Of a stretch of DNA of 64,000 bases, positions 8,601-17,029 are shown piece after piece. The stretch comes from Vulcanimicrobiota bacterium (GTDB taxonomy: Bacteria > Vulcanimicrobiota > Xenobia > Xenobiales > JADMJV01): positions 491,302 through 555,301 of the forward strand of contig JBFWNU010000003.1 in the NCBI GenBank assembly GCA_050250895.1, given 5' to 3'. The notes beneath the pieces are model-generated. The model searched no databases. It saw only the letters and a program-made list of their open reading frames with translations, and had not been told where the DNA came from. The first letter of the stretch is position 1; each line of letters starts with the position of its first letter. Both the position numbers and the translations under genes were made by a program.

Positions 8601-10721
8601 GCGGGCCATCCGCAGGGTGGGCGGCAGGCTGGCCGAGGCCGGATCCGCGTAGCCCTCGATCGAGGGACGAATCAGGCTCTCGCAGTTGGGAAGGTCCTTG
8701 AGGTGTTCGAGATAGCCAACCGCCGCCAGGGTGTCCGCCTCGTTCGTGTCCTGGCGAATCGTGGCGAGCACCCGTCCGGCCAGCTCGCTCCGTTGCTCTT
8801 GGGCGCAACTCTGCAGTGCTGTCTTGAGAATCTTGAAACCGGGGTGCACAGCATCGGGGGCGACCAGCGCGTTGAGCATCGAGCCAAATAGATAGCCTGA
8901 GTCAAAGTCCTGTTCGGCCACGGCTTCCAGGACACGATAGGCATAAGTCTGTTCTTTGGGTCGAGATTGGGCCTGACCCGCGACCAGGGTCTTGACCAGT
9001 TCGCGCTGGTTGCCGGCCGGCACCTGGCTTAGACCATTCCGCAAAAGAGTAAGCTCGAGGCCGAGGGGACCGGCTTTTTGGGGAAGGAGTTCGCGGGTAG
9101 CCCTGACGAGACCGGCCGGGCTGGCCAGCGGGGCGGCCAGTTTGTAAAATCGCACTGCTTCGGCGGGAAGGTGCGGGGTCAGCGCCTCGACCAGGGAGCT
9201 CAGTCCTTTGGCTGCCTCGTCTTGCGACAACCCGGCCACCGCGGCATTGAGGATCTCGCCCGGCGTCATCTGGTAGCCGTAGCGAAGGTTGCTGCCGAGG
9301 CTCGCCACGGCCCGCCCTGCGTCGGGCAAGCCGGCCAGGACCCTCAGCGCTTCGAGGAACGGTTCCTTAGTCGGGTGCTCGGCAAGCACAGGAGCCAGCA
9401 GAGCCTGGTAGTCGTTGGGAGAGCCGCCCACCGCGCCCAGCGCCATCAGGACGGAATCGGCCAGGCTGATTTTGTGCGCTGGCTTCGAGGCTAGCATGGT
9501 AAAGGCCGCGAGCACGGCGTCGGACGTCTTAAGGTGAGGCAGATAGGCGAAGCGCGGGTCCGAGGGTTGCGAGGCCCCCATCAATTGGATGGCCCGTTCT
9601 TGAAGGGGCGCCGGGATGGCCGGCAAGGTCTTGATCAAGCTGCTCAGCAAGTCGCCGCCCTGCCAGCCCTCGGCCATGGGCTGCATGCATCGGGCCAGTT
9701 GGGCGGGCTCGAGGTTTAAAGGCTCGAGGCTCGCCAACAGCCGACTGCGAGGGTCGCTACCCAGGCTTTTGAGGAAAGGTCGAGGGTCAGGGGTCAGGCT
9801 GGCCGCGCGAGCGTAGCCGGTCACATCCTGGATGGTCTCGAGTTCCTTGAGGCAGGCGAGTGGCTGCTTGACGTCAAGCTCGACCAGATGTTCTACATAG
9901 GCGCCTTGCCAGGAGTTGAGTCGGGTCCGGTCGGCCTGGAGCAGGGCCAGCAGACCGGGGCCGAAGGCGTGCCCGGCGGGAAGTCCACACACCAGGCTAG
10001 TCAGAGTGGCGTCGACGGGGGCCCCCGCTTTCTCGAGCAGGCGCGCGGCCGAGACCATTCGGTCGTAGTCGAGCTGCTCAGCCAGACCAGCCTTTACCAG
10101 GCTGGCCACCGGACGCTGGTCTTGCTTGAGTTCTTCCAGGGTTAACTCGGCTCCCGAGCGGATCAGGGGGTCTTTGAGTTGGGTGGGGGCCGCCAGGGCC
10201 ATGGCCGCGGCCAGCGTGGCCGTGGCGGCCGGTCCGCTCAGGCCGGGGGCAGCCGCTCCTAACACGGTCTTGGCCGTCTCGAGATTGCCATAGGGCAGGC
10301 TGGCCGCCTGGCGCACCACCTGGTGGGGCGAGGCTTCGGCGCTGTTCAAGAGGCGCTCGGCTTCCAGCAACCGCTCGCGCAAGACCTTGGGGTCGCGGCC
10401 GGCCGGGTCGCCGGGAAAGACTTTGAGCGAGCGGGGTTCGCCTTTCGGGTTGAAGGCCAGGTTCTGCTTGCCGTCGCTGGCCCAAACGGTGTCCTCTTTG
10501 AGAAAGAACCAGCCGCGCCAGCCGGAGGCCCGTCCCCGACCCTGACGATAGCGTTCGTGCTCGTCGGCCCCGAGCACCACCAGGTCCTGGCCGTCCTGGA
10601 CCAGGGCGTGTTCGGGGTTGCCCTCCTCGGCGATGGCGAAGGGAAGACAATTCAACCGCTCCGGGTTGCGGGTCACCTGACCTTGCAGAGAGCGATGGCG
10701 TTCAAAGGACAGATCGGCCAC
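5679..10721 (-). CDS. Very large Ala/Leu-rich alpha-helical hypothetical protein (1680 aa)
   Basis: Long uninterrupted ORF with degenerate helical repeats; no catalytic motif recognised. Confidence 0.8.
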   Translation of the reverse strand: MADLSFERHRSLQGQVTRNPERLNCLPFAIAEEGNPEHALVQDGQDLVVLGADEHERYRQGRGRASGWRGWFFLKEDTVWASDGKQNLAFNPKGEPRSLKVFPGDPAGRDPKVLRERLLEAERLLNSAEASPHQVVRQAASLPYGNLETAKTVLGAAAPGLSGPAATATLAAAMALAAPTQLKDPLIRSGAELTLEELKQDQRPVASLVKAGLAEQLDYDRMVSAARLLEKAGAPVDATLTSLVCGLPAGHAFGPGLLALLQADRTRLNSWQGAYVEHLVELDVKQPLACLKELETIQDVTGYARAASLTPDPRPFLKSLGSDPRSRLLASLEPLNLEPAQLARCMQPMAEGWQGGDLLSSLIKTLPAIPAPLQERAIQLMGASQPSDPRFAYLPHLKTSDAVLAAFTMLASKPAHKISLADSVLMALGAVGGSPNDYQALLAPVLAEHPTKEPFLEALRVLAGLPDAGRAVASLGSNLRYGYQMTPGEILNAAVAGLSQDEAAKGLSSLVEALTPHLPAEAVRFYKLAAPLASPAGLVRATRELLPQKAGPLGLELTLLRNGLSQVPAGNQRELVKTLVAGQAQSRPKEQTYAYRVLEAVAEQDFDSGYLFGSMLNALVAPDAVHPGFKILKTALQSCAQEQRSELAGRVLATIRQDTNEADTLAAVGYLEHLKDLPNCESLIRPSIEGYADPASASLPPTLRMARGSLCALPPERAGEMLALAVEGSQGDPSADFLKAVGNLALSQPARDSLGRAAYYGLTQLQQAYATDQSLPAVLHLAAGLARQLPIEDQAQVVQLALEHALARQPKGEIEQFLLSLRGLLEFAMPGQHETLLRGALSGFSSRGRLAGTSVATSVFKATLGQLERAKLKQAIDSLPTDDNPSQSQLMALLGQIVEVCQTPDTAFNALYYGLARLDGATVGPALAASTGCLNYIPPAAQRDFARELAALMRTHPVSPEDAALGAYLSQVTDFEEPQRLGSVLSNMVGSWNQLKLQPSGLPPALWACHGAVYGAPPELALKHVQAVPIAPDSHPVARFLGAVAQLDGLESEPNLQYGLRTAIESLAAPPPDGLSSVVMAASRLIGYLTPENQTRVLELALPLAQADRPESAGLLGLIADWAELGANPSEFLPLCLTGYQQQLEQKSPLPPVLLLARDGVTRNGQVAPAEWVGKVTARVSDQGLSPRLAQGVEFLRHLSALPAADGDYRTAAFQRAVYTLAANDPLPAAAALLRESLGYTPGPNKNAAIEGAVASLRSHSDGPDSLALADFLEFQLQLDETTAAQRVTQALAFWEVRQKFAGLPASLALCSAASQDAFSPEQAQAMLERFLPAQDPADPDAAQVVRFLRALDPSNTTELRAAFSAMRWVRPEPEQGRLPVGLKLCQQMLTLAPASALRSGLASLAPGQEEPLVHLLELFDTSPLPAANLQSALAAYNEPSQPAPSPHLLRAASNLVQLQPRPVTKATAAGLPGPLGGLLHRLAASQLPDDRLAAAVMGISGQLTRFKQEIPPASLLLQAGLGALSYLDQSLHEPVYEAVEAELRTLDSQSCVQLADWLQTTRAKHAGPWPLQAAASACGDPLAALMPFELLIGDAALKHHRDSDLAREVLSRLAHAGRDALFLPTARLGAEDPIAEVHRLRADYEQWLKKNPQVKPEKVELEQQEDWVSVGDFGLAIQD

Positions 10722-10768
10722 GGCCCCAGCTTAGGGGCCGTGACTGAAAGACCGCTGAAAGTTTGGCC

Positions 10769-12106
10769 TCAGGCCGCCGCAGGACCGGCCAGGATGGCCG
10801 GGTCGGTGTGGGATTGTCGCATCAGCTCGGTAATCCAGTAGAGACGCTCGTCGAGGTCGTGCCACTTGGGCACGTCGGTGCCGCTCAGATCGTCGGGGTT
10901 GGATTGCTTGGAGCCGTCGTCCTGAATGCGGATCAGGTTGTCCCTGAGTTCCTGGTTGCCGATTTCATCGAATTCGTCCACCAGGTTACCCAGGGTCATC
11001 GGCTGGGGAATGTCGTCGCCAGCTTTGAGTTCCTGGCCGTCGAGTTCGAACGCCACCTGCGAGTTGGCGAGATCTTGAACCGGGTCGCCAGGCACGACGG
11101 TGTCGACGGCCGAGGATAGGAATCCGGTCAGGCCACCCTGTTTGTGGGGATCAAACGCCCTGTCGATTTCGTCGTCGAGGCGGATCTGCTCGTGCTCGGC
11201 CACATAGATGTTGCCGTTGAGCGTGAGTTCTTGCTTCTTGCGCACGTCGGTCTCGAACTTGGCGTCGTAGTAATTGCGGAAGGCGTCTTCCAGGGGACTG
11301 TGGTCTTGATTCTCCGGATCCGAGCGCCGAAAATCTTGCTCGTCGACCCAGCGTTGGAAAGCCTCGGGGTCCTTTGCCTCGGCATCGCCGAAAGTGTCGA
11401 TGAAACTCTGGAAGTGGGGGGCGATCTCCGAGAAGACTTCCTGATTTCCGTCGGCCAGGGCTTCGCGCGACTGGCCCGGAGTGTCGACATTGATAGGCCC
11501 GGGCAGGTCAACGTCTTCTTCACCCCGGATGCCACCACCGACGGCGTTGGAGGCGTGAGCGGCGTAGCTCAGCCAGTTGTTGCCGGCACCAGGGCCGAGC
11601 ACCTCGTCGAATTCCTGACCCAGGCGGGTGTATTCTTCGGTGATCTGGCGGTTGCGGCTGCCGGTATCGAGGTCCTCCTCCTGACGAGCGATGTCCTCGA
11701 TGCGTTCGGCGTCTTCACTCTGGGGCTCGGGCCCGCGGTGGCCCCAGCTGAAAATATTCTTGATTTTGTCGAGGAAGCCCTGAGCCGCTTCCGAGGCCTC
11801 GTTGGTGCGCTCGCCGGTGGCAGAACTGGTTTCGACGCGGTCGACGGGAGCGCTGCTTTCGGCTCGGGCCGTCTCGGCCTGGCGCTCGGCGGCGTCGGCC
11901 GAGATCGGACCCCGACCCGCCGGGGTGGTTTCGGCGCGATGCTCGGCGGCGTCGGCGCTGGTGGGCGAGCGGTCGGAGCGGGCCGGATGGCTGGCCCGGT
12001 GAGGCCCCCTGGACTCGGGATGCCGCGCCGGTCTCGGCGTTCGGGTGCGCTGGTTTCCGCGGTAGGGAGGGGTGGTGCTGCTGCGGTCCGTTCTCGTGAT
12101 GCTCAT
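10769..12106 (-). CDS. Hypothetical protein (disordered N-terminus, acidic globular C-terminal domain)
   Basis: 445-aa ORF; N-terminal SADAAE repeats; NW..YA..AS..VG and GNQEVFSEI segments look like a conserved domain. Confidence 0.7.
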   Translation of the reverse strand: MSITRTDRSSTTPPYRGNQRTRTPRPARHPESRGPHRASHPARSDRSPTSADAAEHRAETTPAGRGPISADAAERQAETARAESSAPVDRVETSSATGERTNEASEAAQGFLDKIKNIFSWGHRGPEPQSEDAERIEDIARQEEDLDTGSRNRQITEEYTRLGQEFDEVLGPGAGNNWLSYAAHASNAVGGGIRGEEDVDLPGPINVDTPGQSREALADGNQEVFSEIAPHFQSFIDTFGDAEAKDPEAFQRWVDEQDFRRSDPENQDHSPLEDAFRNYYDAKFETDVRKKQELTLNGNIYVAEHEQIRLDDEIDRAFDPHKQGGLTGFLSSAVDTVVPGDPVQDLANSQVAFELDGQELKAGDDIPQPMTLGNLVDEFDEIGNQELRDNLIRIQDDGSKQSNPDDLSGTDVPKWHDLDERLYWITELMRQSHTDPAILAGPAAA

Positions 12107-12245
12107 CGTATTTAAACTTTAGCTGTCGCCGAATTGGAAAAAGCTGGGAATTCGCATGGAGTTTTGACAGATTGTTTCCGCCGGGTTAACAAGATGTAAA
12201 CGCCTGGTCGGATGATCGGCTGGGCCGGACCGCGAAGGCACTCCG

Positions 12246-12830
12246 ATGCCAAAGTCTCTTTGTGTCTTTTGCGGCTCGAGTCCCGGTCGCCATCCCCTCT
12301 ACGCCGAGGCTGCCGCCGAGTTTGGGGCCAAGCTGGTGGCGGCGGGCTACCAGCTGGTCTACGGCGGGGGACGGGTCGGCCTGATGGGCATCGTGGCCGA
12401 CAGCGTGCTGCAGGCCGGCGGTGAGGTGGTGGGAGTGATCCCGCATTTTCTCAACTCGAAAGAGATTGGGCACTCTGGTGTCACTCGCCTGGAGGCGGTG
12501 GACACGATGCATGAGCGTAAGGCCCGGATGGAGAAGCTGTCGGATGCTTTCGTGGCTTTGCCCGGCGGCTTCGGCACCTACGAGGAGATTCTCGAGATCA
12601 TCACCTGGGGCCAGCTCGGGCTGCACCGCAAGCCCATCGGCTTGTTCAACCTCAAGGGCTACTACGAGCCGCTGCTGAGCCAGGTCGAGCGAGGCATCGA
12701 AGAGGGCTTCATCAAGCCCTCGTATCGCCAACTGCTCGTGGCGGCCGACAGTGCCGACGCACTGCTGGCCGCCCTCGAGCGCTACCAGCCGCCGAAGGTG
12801 AAGCAGTGGCTGGTGGCCGGCGAGACCTGA
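12246..12830 (+). CDS. LOG family nucleotide phosphoribohydrolase (TIGR00730)
   Basis: VFCGSS, LVYGGGRVGLMG, MHERK and PGGFGTYEE motifs. Confidence 0.95.
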   Translation: MPKSLCVFCGSSPGRHPLYAEAAAEFGAKLVAAGYQLVYGGGRVGLMGIVADSVLQAGGEVVGVIPHFLNSKEIGHSGVTRLEAVDTMHERKARMEKLSDAFVALPGGFGTYEEILEIITWGQLGLHRKPIGLFNLKGYYEPLLSQVERGIEEGFIKPSYRQLLVAADSADALLAALERYQPPKVKQWLVAGET

Positions 12831-13360
12831 CCGCTTAGCGCGGCCTCAGCTCGTGGACCTGAGGTCGACCCTCGTCGGATTGGCGGACCAGCTGGGCGCC
12901 CTGGCTGCTGGTCGAGGAGCTGAAAGTCACGCTCACACTGAGTAACATTGGGTGTTTCGGCAGGTTTTTCATGGCTTGAGCCTACCAGGCACCTCTGTGG
13001 CAGCTCTCAAACCGACCCCTGTTTTGTGAACGTCAGGTTACCGGTTTGTGACAAGTTTGCTCGCTCCCGCCTCGAGGGGGCCTTGGGAAGTGGCTGGCGA
13101 CGATTGCGGCGACGGTGAAGTGACCCCGCCGGTGGTTCTTTTCTCGCTGGGAGGTCGCTGAGCCGTCGCTCCCGAGCTTATCAGCGACGGTCACGCCCTT
13201 CTTGGAAATCTCGTTTCTTAAAGAAAACTTGCACACACAAAAAACCTAGGCAATAAATCAATATATGTCTAATCGTATACCATAGATCGGCTATCAGTTC
13301 TTCAGGGTTCGAGGAGGAAACTGTTGACCGAAGAATCTCTCAGGAGAGAGGAATCCCATC

Positions 13361-13704
13361 ATGTCGCTGGGCAGAACGATCTCCGACCTGCGGAAGAAGA
13401 AGGGGCTCACCCAGGTTGAGCTTGCAGAGAAACTAGGCGTTCACCAATCTCACATCACTCGATGGGAGAGTGATCGAGTGCGGCCTCGCCAAAGTACCCT
13501 GGCCAACCTCGCCGAAGTGCTGGATTGTTCGATTGAGGAACTCCTGGTGGGCGGAAAAGAAGCGTTGGCGTCAACATCGAAGACCCAGAGCTTGTCGAGT
13601 TGCTATCGGACATTCCGAAGCTCGAAGAGGAAGAGGTCGGAGCCCTGAAGATTCTTTTGAAAGGTCTGATGTCGAGAATCCGTGTCAGAGAAGCCCTCCA
13701 ATAG
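13361..13704 (+). pseudogene. XRE-family HTH regulator with apparent 1-nt deletion near 13560
   Basis: LRKKKGLTQVELAEKLGVHQSHITRWE HTH; typical C-terminus VNIEDPELVELLSDIPKL...REALQ* lies in the -1 frame, ending at 13704. Confidence 0.7.
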
Positions 13705-13897
13705 AATCGCCAAGAAGGAAGTCCTTCGAGTCATCCAGGCATTGCCACAGAACGAGCTCTCGCTCGAAGAGATTCAGGACGCCCTGGAGGAAGCCGTTCT
13801 CCGGGCCAAGGTAGATCAAGGCCTTGCCGAACTCGACAGGGGGGACTGGGTGCCCCATGACCAGGCGCTCGAAGAGCTGCGGAAGTGGCGGAGATAA
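13682..13897 (+). CDS. Putative type II antitoxin (ParE/RelE partner)
   Basis: 71 aa, KVDQGLAELDRGDWVPHDQA motif, overlaps toxin start. Confidence 0.75.
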   Translation: MSEKPSNRIAKKEVLRVIQALPQNELSLEEIQDALEEAVLRAKVDQGLAELDRGDWVPHDQALEELRKWRR

Positions 13898-14173
13898 GGT
13901 GGGCCTCTAGTTCATTGGTCGACTTGCGTGCGACCCTGGGCTACTTGGCCGAGAAAGACCCCCTGGCGGCAGAACGTTACTCGTTCGACTTCGAGAAAGC
14001 TGTGGAGCGTCTCAGAGATTGGCCCTGGAGTGGCCACCCTTTGCTCGACTACCCGAAAGAAGTCCGACAGCTTCTGGTCGCTCCATACCGGATCGTCTAC
14101 CGGGTCGCCGTCTGATGTGGTGGAGATTGTTCGCATCCTACACTTCCGGCGGCCAGTCCCAGAAGATCTCTAG
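13885..14173 (+). pseudogene. RelE/ParE family toxin, frameshifted near 14110
   Basis: IRW...DL..I..Y pattern and PYRIVYRV, then VEIVRILHFRR in another frame ending at TAG 14173. Confidence 0.75.
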
Positions 14174-14180
14174 CCGGTGT

Positions 14181-14430
14181 TAGCAGTCCGCTAGACGGCG
14201 GAAACGTAGCCGGGGCGCCGGCTCGTCCTTAACCTTAAGGCGCGATAGCCGGCGCCGCGCGAGGTGGCCGTGACTGCAACGGAGGATTCAGGTCGGCGGG
14301 ACTGGACCGGGCGGCGGGCGCGCCTCTCGCACCACGTTGAACGCGATAGAGGCGCGCGCGAAAGGGACGCGCATGAAGGCCGGCAGAAACCACCCTACCG
14401 AGGACCGCTTTTGTTTCTGCCGGCCGTGGC
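14181..14430 (+). ncRNA. Structured non-coding element, copy A (candidate novel ncRNA or MITE-like)
   Basis: Stems 14214-14223/14247-14256 and 14318-14330/14343-14357; conserved GACTGCAACGGAG and loop ACCACGTTGAAC shared with copy B. Confidence 0.55.
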
Positions 14431-14669
14431 CCCCGGAGGGGGACGGGGGGCGAACCTGCCCCTGACCAGCTCGGCCGCGGCCCAACCACACTGTCTGACA
14501 AGAGTGCTCGCGAAATTTCCGCCGGCGGCGATGGGGGCTGCGCCTTCGCTTTTGGCCACCAGGCGCAGCCCCACTGAGCCGCCGGCCCCAGCCCGCCAAC
14601 GGCCACGACGGCCGCCCTTCACCGACAATTTGAAAGGCCCAAGCCCCGGCTAAGCCGAGTCTTGGGCCT

Positions 14670-14862
14670 GGGTCTTTGCGCTACCGTCTCGCGCGCAGTT
14701 CTATCAGGTTCGACGTGGTCTGAGAACTGCGCCCGAGCGCCTTTCAGCGACGTTCACGCCCTTCTCCGTTGCAGTCCTTGCTCACGTCCCGCGGCGCTGG
14801 CGAGCGCCCTTTGGGCAAAGGGCGCGCCAGCGCCACACGTTGTCGGTTAATGCGAATTGCTA
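14670..14862 (-). ncRNA. Structured non-coding element, copy B
   Basis: Same architecture as copy A with compensatory stem substitutions; loop ACCACGTCGAAC. Confidence 0.55.
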
Positions 14863-15492
14863 GAATTCAATCCAAGGACCAGGCCGTTGTTCTGGCTTGT
14901 TGTCGGTGGGGGCTTGCCGCAGGCCCTCCTTATCCTCGGGAAACCAGATTCTCTTGACGTGAAGAGCTTCCTTATTCCGAGCATCTTCAGCCAAGATGCG
15001 TTTTAGCTTGGCAAATCCTGGCTTCGAATCACCTCGCATCAGGTCAATTTGAGCGCTATAACACAGCGCATGATGTCGCTCATAGGACTCGAGCGTGAGT
15101 TCGGTTGCGGCGCTATCGAGATAGGTCTGAGCTTGATCCCAGAACAGAAACCGCCAGAGTACGATTCCCAGACAGTATCTCCTTCGGGCGCGGCTCAGGG
15201 GAAGGCCAAGCTCTCGCGCATCGACTTGTTCATTGAGCATTGCGAAAGCAACCTGGCACTTGCGAAGTTGTTCGATCTCTGTCGCACGATCCGCTTCATG
15301 TTGAAGGGCTGCCAATACACCTGCTGCAGAGTCATCTAATTCAAATCGCTCGAGTTGACAAATCCAATCCGGTAAAGACATATCCAGATCAACTGTGCCC
15401 GTGATCGGCTGACCGACCGATTCATTGCCGGTTTCCGTTGCTGGCGAAATCCCGGTCAAAAGAACTAACCATATGATTACAGAACTGCTCAA
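14860..15492 (-). CDS. Putative Rhs immunity protein (hydrophobic N-terminus, TPR-like)
   Basis: Starts immediately after the Rhs stop; lower GC than surroundings. Confidence 0.6.
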   Translation of the reverse strand: MSSSVIIWLVLLTGISPATETGNESVGQPITGTVDLDMSLPDWICQLERFELDDSAAGVLAALQHEADRATEIEQLRKCQVAFAMLNEQVDARELGLPLSRARRRYCLGIVLWRFLFWDQAQTYLDSAATELTLESYERHHALCYSAQIDLMRGDSKPGFAKLKRILAEDARNKEALHVKRIWFPEDKEGLRQAPTDNKPEQRPGPWIEF

Positions 15493-16857
15493 CTACGCCC
15501 CCCAAAAGTCCGCTAACCTTGGGACGCCAACGCCGTCGCCGAGGAGAACCCCCTCTTCAACATCGCCGCACGAATTTTTGCAGCGACACTTGCCAACAAG
15601 CGTAAGCCCTTCCCTCTCGACCTTGCTGAGCGCCAAACTTACCTGGAATCTAAGCCCTGCCGATGCACCATCAAGGACTGGCTCAGCCCTAAAACCCTGC
15701 GCGTCCTGTGTAACGGTATAAACTAGTGGCAAAAGAAACTTCACGCCATTGACACTACTTGGATCGAATTTGATTCCAAGTTCTTCACGGGGATTCCTCA
15801 AGAGGGATGGGTCAATCTCGACAGCTGAAGGATAGATTCTAATTGTCCCGACCGCGCGCGTGAATGTCGCATTTGGACCACCCAAATCTATCGCCCAGTC
15901 TGCTAGTTGGTCATAGCCGTCCGGGCACAAACAGTTGCCTTTGAAGAAGATTCGACCACCAAATCCACGCGCCTCACGACCATTGATAGTTCCGGCGCTT
16001 GGTGGCAGGTCGAAGTGATCCTGAATTGGGATGTAACCAAGTCCGCGAGCATCCACTGAGTTCACCGGATTTCCACCAACGTACCCATATGGCCCCAACC
16101 CGCCTGCGAAACCAATCGGGTCGCGGTTCAAGAACCGGCCCAGCCTGGCATCGTAGTGCCTCGCCCGCATATACAGCAGGTTGGTGAGTGCCGAATCGTC
16201 ATGCACGCCAAGCCCACCGACAAAGGTCTTCGGGCTCGACCCCGAGCCAGTCTTTGTCTGCTCACCAAACTCGAGATACTCGTAGGCAGCAACTTCGTCA
16301 CCGCTGCCGTCGACCACGATTCGAACCGAAGTTAAGCCGTCGGTCAGCAGGTAGAAAAAGTCGCCACCGCTCTCGAAGCCCATCAACTGGTGGCCCATCA
16401 GGTAGTTGAACTCCACCGGCGAGCCCACGGCCGGCGTCTCCACCTCGTTCAGTGTCGGCAAGCCAGAGTAGAAGCTCTCGGTCACCGTCTCGTCGTCGAG
16501 GATCTTCGCTTTGCGGATGCCGCCGGCATCATAGGTGTGCAGCACCTTGGTGTCGGCGGGACTGAAGGCCACCCGAATCAGGTTGTCCTGGTCGTCCCAA
16601 CGATAGGCGATGGTGTCGCTGGTGGCCGCGTCGGTCCTCAGCGTCATGTTACCGTCGTCGTCGTAGGCAAAGGTCTCCACCGATGTCGTGAAATCTCCTT
16701 CGTCCCGAGAATGGAAGGTCCCGGAGAAGATCTCCTGGAGTGGATTCGCGTCGTCATCGTCGTAAAGGTAGCTCACGCTAGCTCCATGGTCGTCCATGAA
16801 CTTGCGGTTGTCGGACTCATCGTATTGATAAGTTCGCTGTGCAGACGGGGTAGCCCC
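15493..16857 (-). CDS. N-terminally truncated (orphan) RHS repeat-associated core protein with unknown C-terminal toxin domain
   Basis: YD repeats, LLYMRARHYDARLGRFLNRDPIG, PVNSVDARGL boundary; frame stays open upstream of ATG 16797 to 16857. Confidence 0.85.
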   Translation of the reverse strand, partial: GATPSAQRTYQYDESDNRKFMDDHGASVSYLYDDDDANPLQEIFSGTFHSRDEGDFTTSVETFAYDDDGNMTLRTDAATSDTIAYRWDDQDNLIRVAFSPADTKVLHTYDAGGIRKAKILDDETVTESFYSGLPTLNEVETPAVGSPVEFNYLMGHQLMGFESGGDFFYLLTDGLTSVRIVVDGSGDEVAAYEYLEFGEQTKTGSGSSPKTFVGGLGVHDDSALTNLLYMRARHYDARLGRFLNRDPIGFAGGLGPYGYVGGNPVNSVDARGLGYIPIQDHFDLPPSAGTINGREARGFGGRIFFKGNCLCPDGYDQLADWAIDLGGPNATFTRAVGTIRIYPSAVEIDPSLLRNPREELGIKFDPSSVNGVKFLLPLVYTVTQDAQGFRAEPVLDGASAGLRFQVSLALSKVEREGLTLVGKCRCKNSCGDVEEGVLLGDGVGVPRLADFWGA

Positions 16858-16929
16858 CTACGGTGAATCTAGCCACGATTTCGCTGTCGGTGGGATGACG
16901 AGCTCGGCGGTGGGTCGCAACCCTTCGAG

Positions 16930-17020
16930 CGGTGAAGCCGCGCCAGGGCTACGACGCGCAGCGTCGAGTACCTCAAAGACTCGAGCCGTAGCGTGCAGCG
17001 AAGGCTCGCTCCCCTCTGGC
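16930..17020 (-). repeat. Post-genic palindromic repeat, homologous to 39495-39585
   Basis: Reverse complement of 16961-16985 matches 39528-39552 at 23/25 nt, with similar flanks. Confidence 0.7.
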
Positions 17021-17029
17021 GCAGCCCCG

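Noticed and set aside
12835-13236. Small minus-strand ORFs (45 aa at 12835-12972; 67 aa at 13033-13236) as a SymE-like partner of the XRE gene
   Set aside because: No recognisable motif or convincing RBS
13550-13565. Programmed -1 frameshift in the XRE gene
   Set aside because: No canonical in-frame X XXY YYZ slippery heptamer; a simple deletion explains it
14181-14862. Integron attC sites or a known riboswitch
   Set aside because: Copies are convergent, no RYYYAAC/GTTRRRY ends or integrase were found, and no riboswitch consensus was recognised
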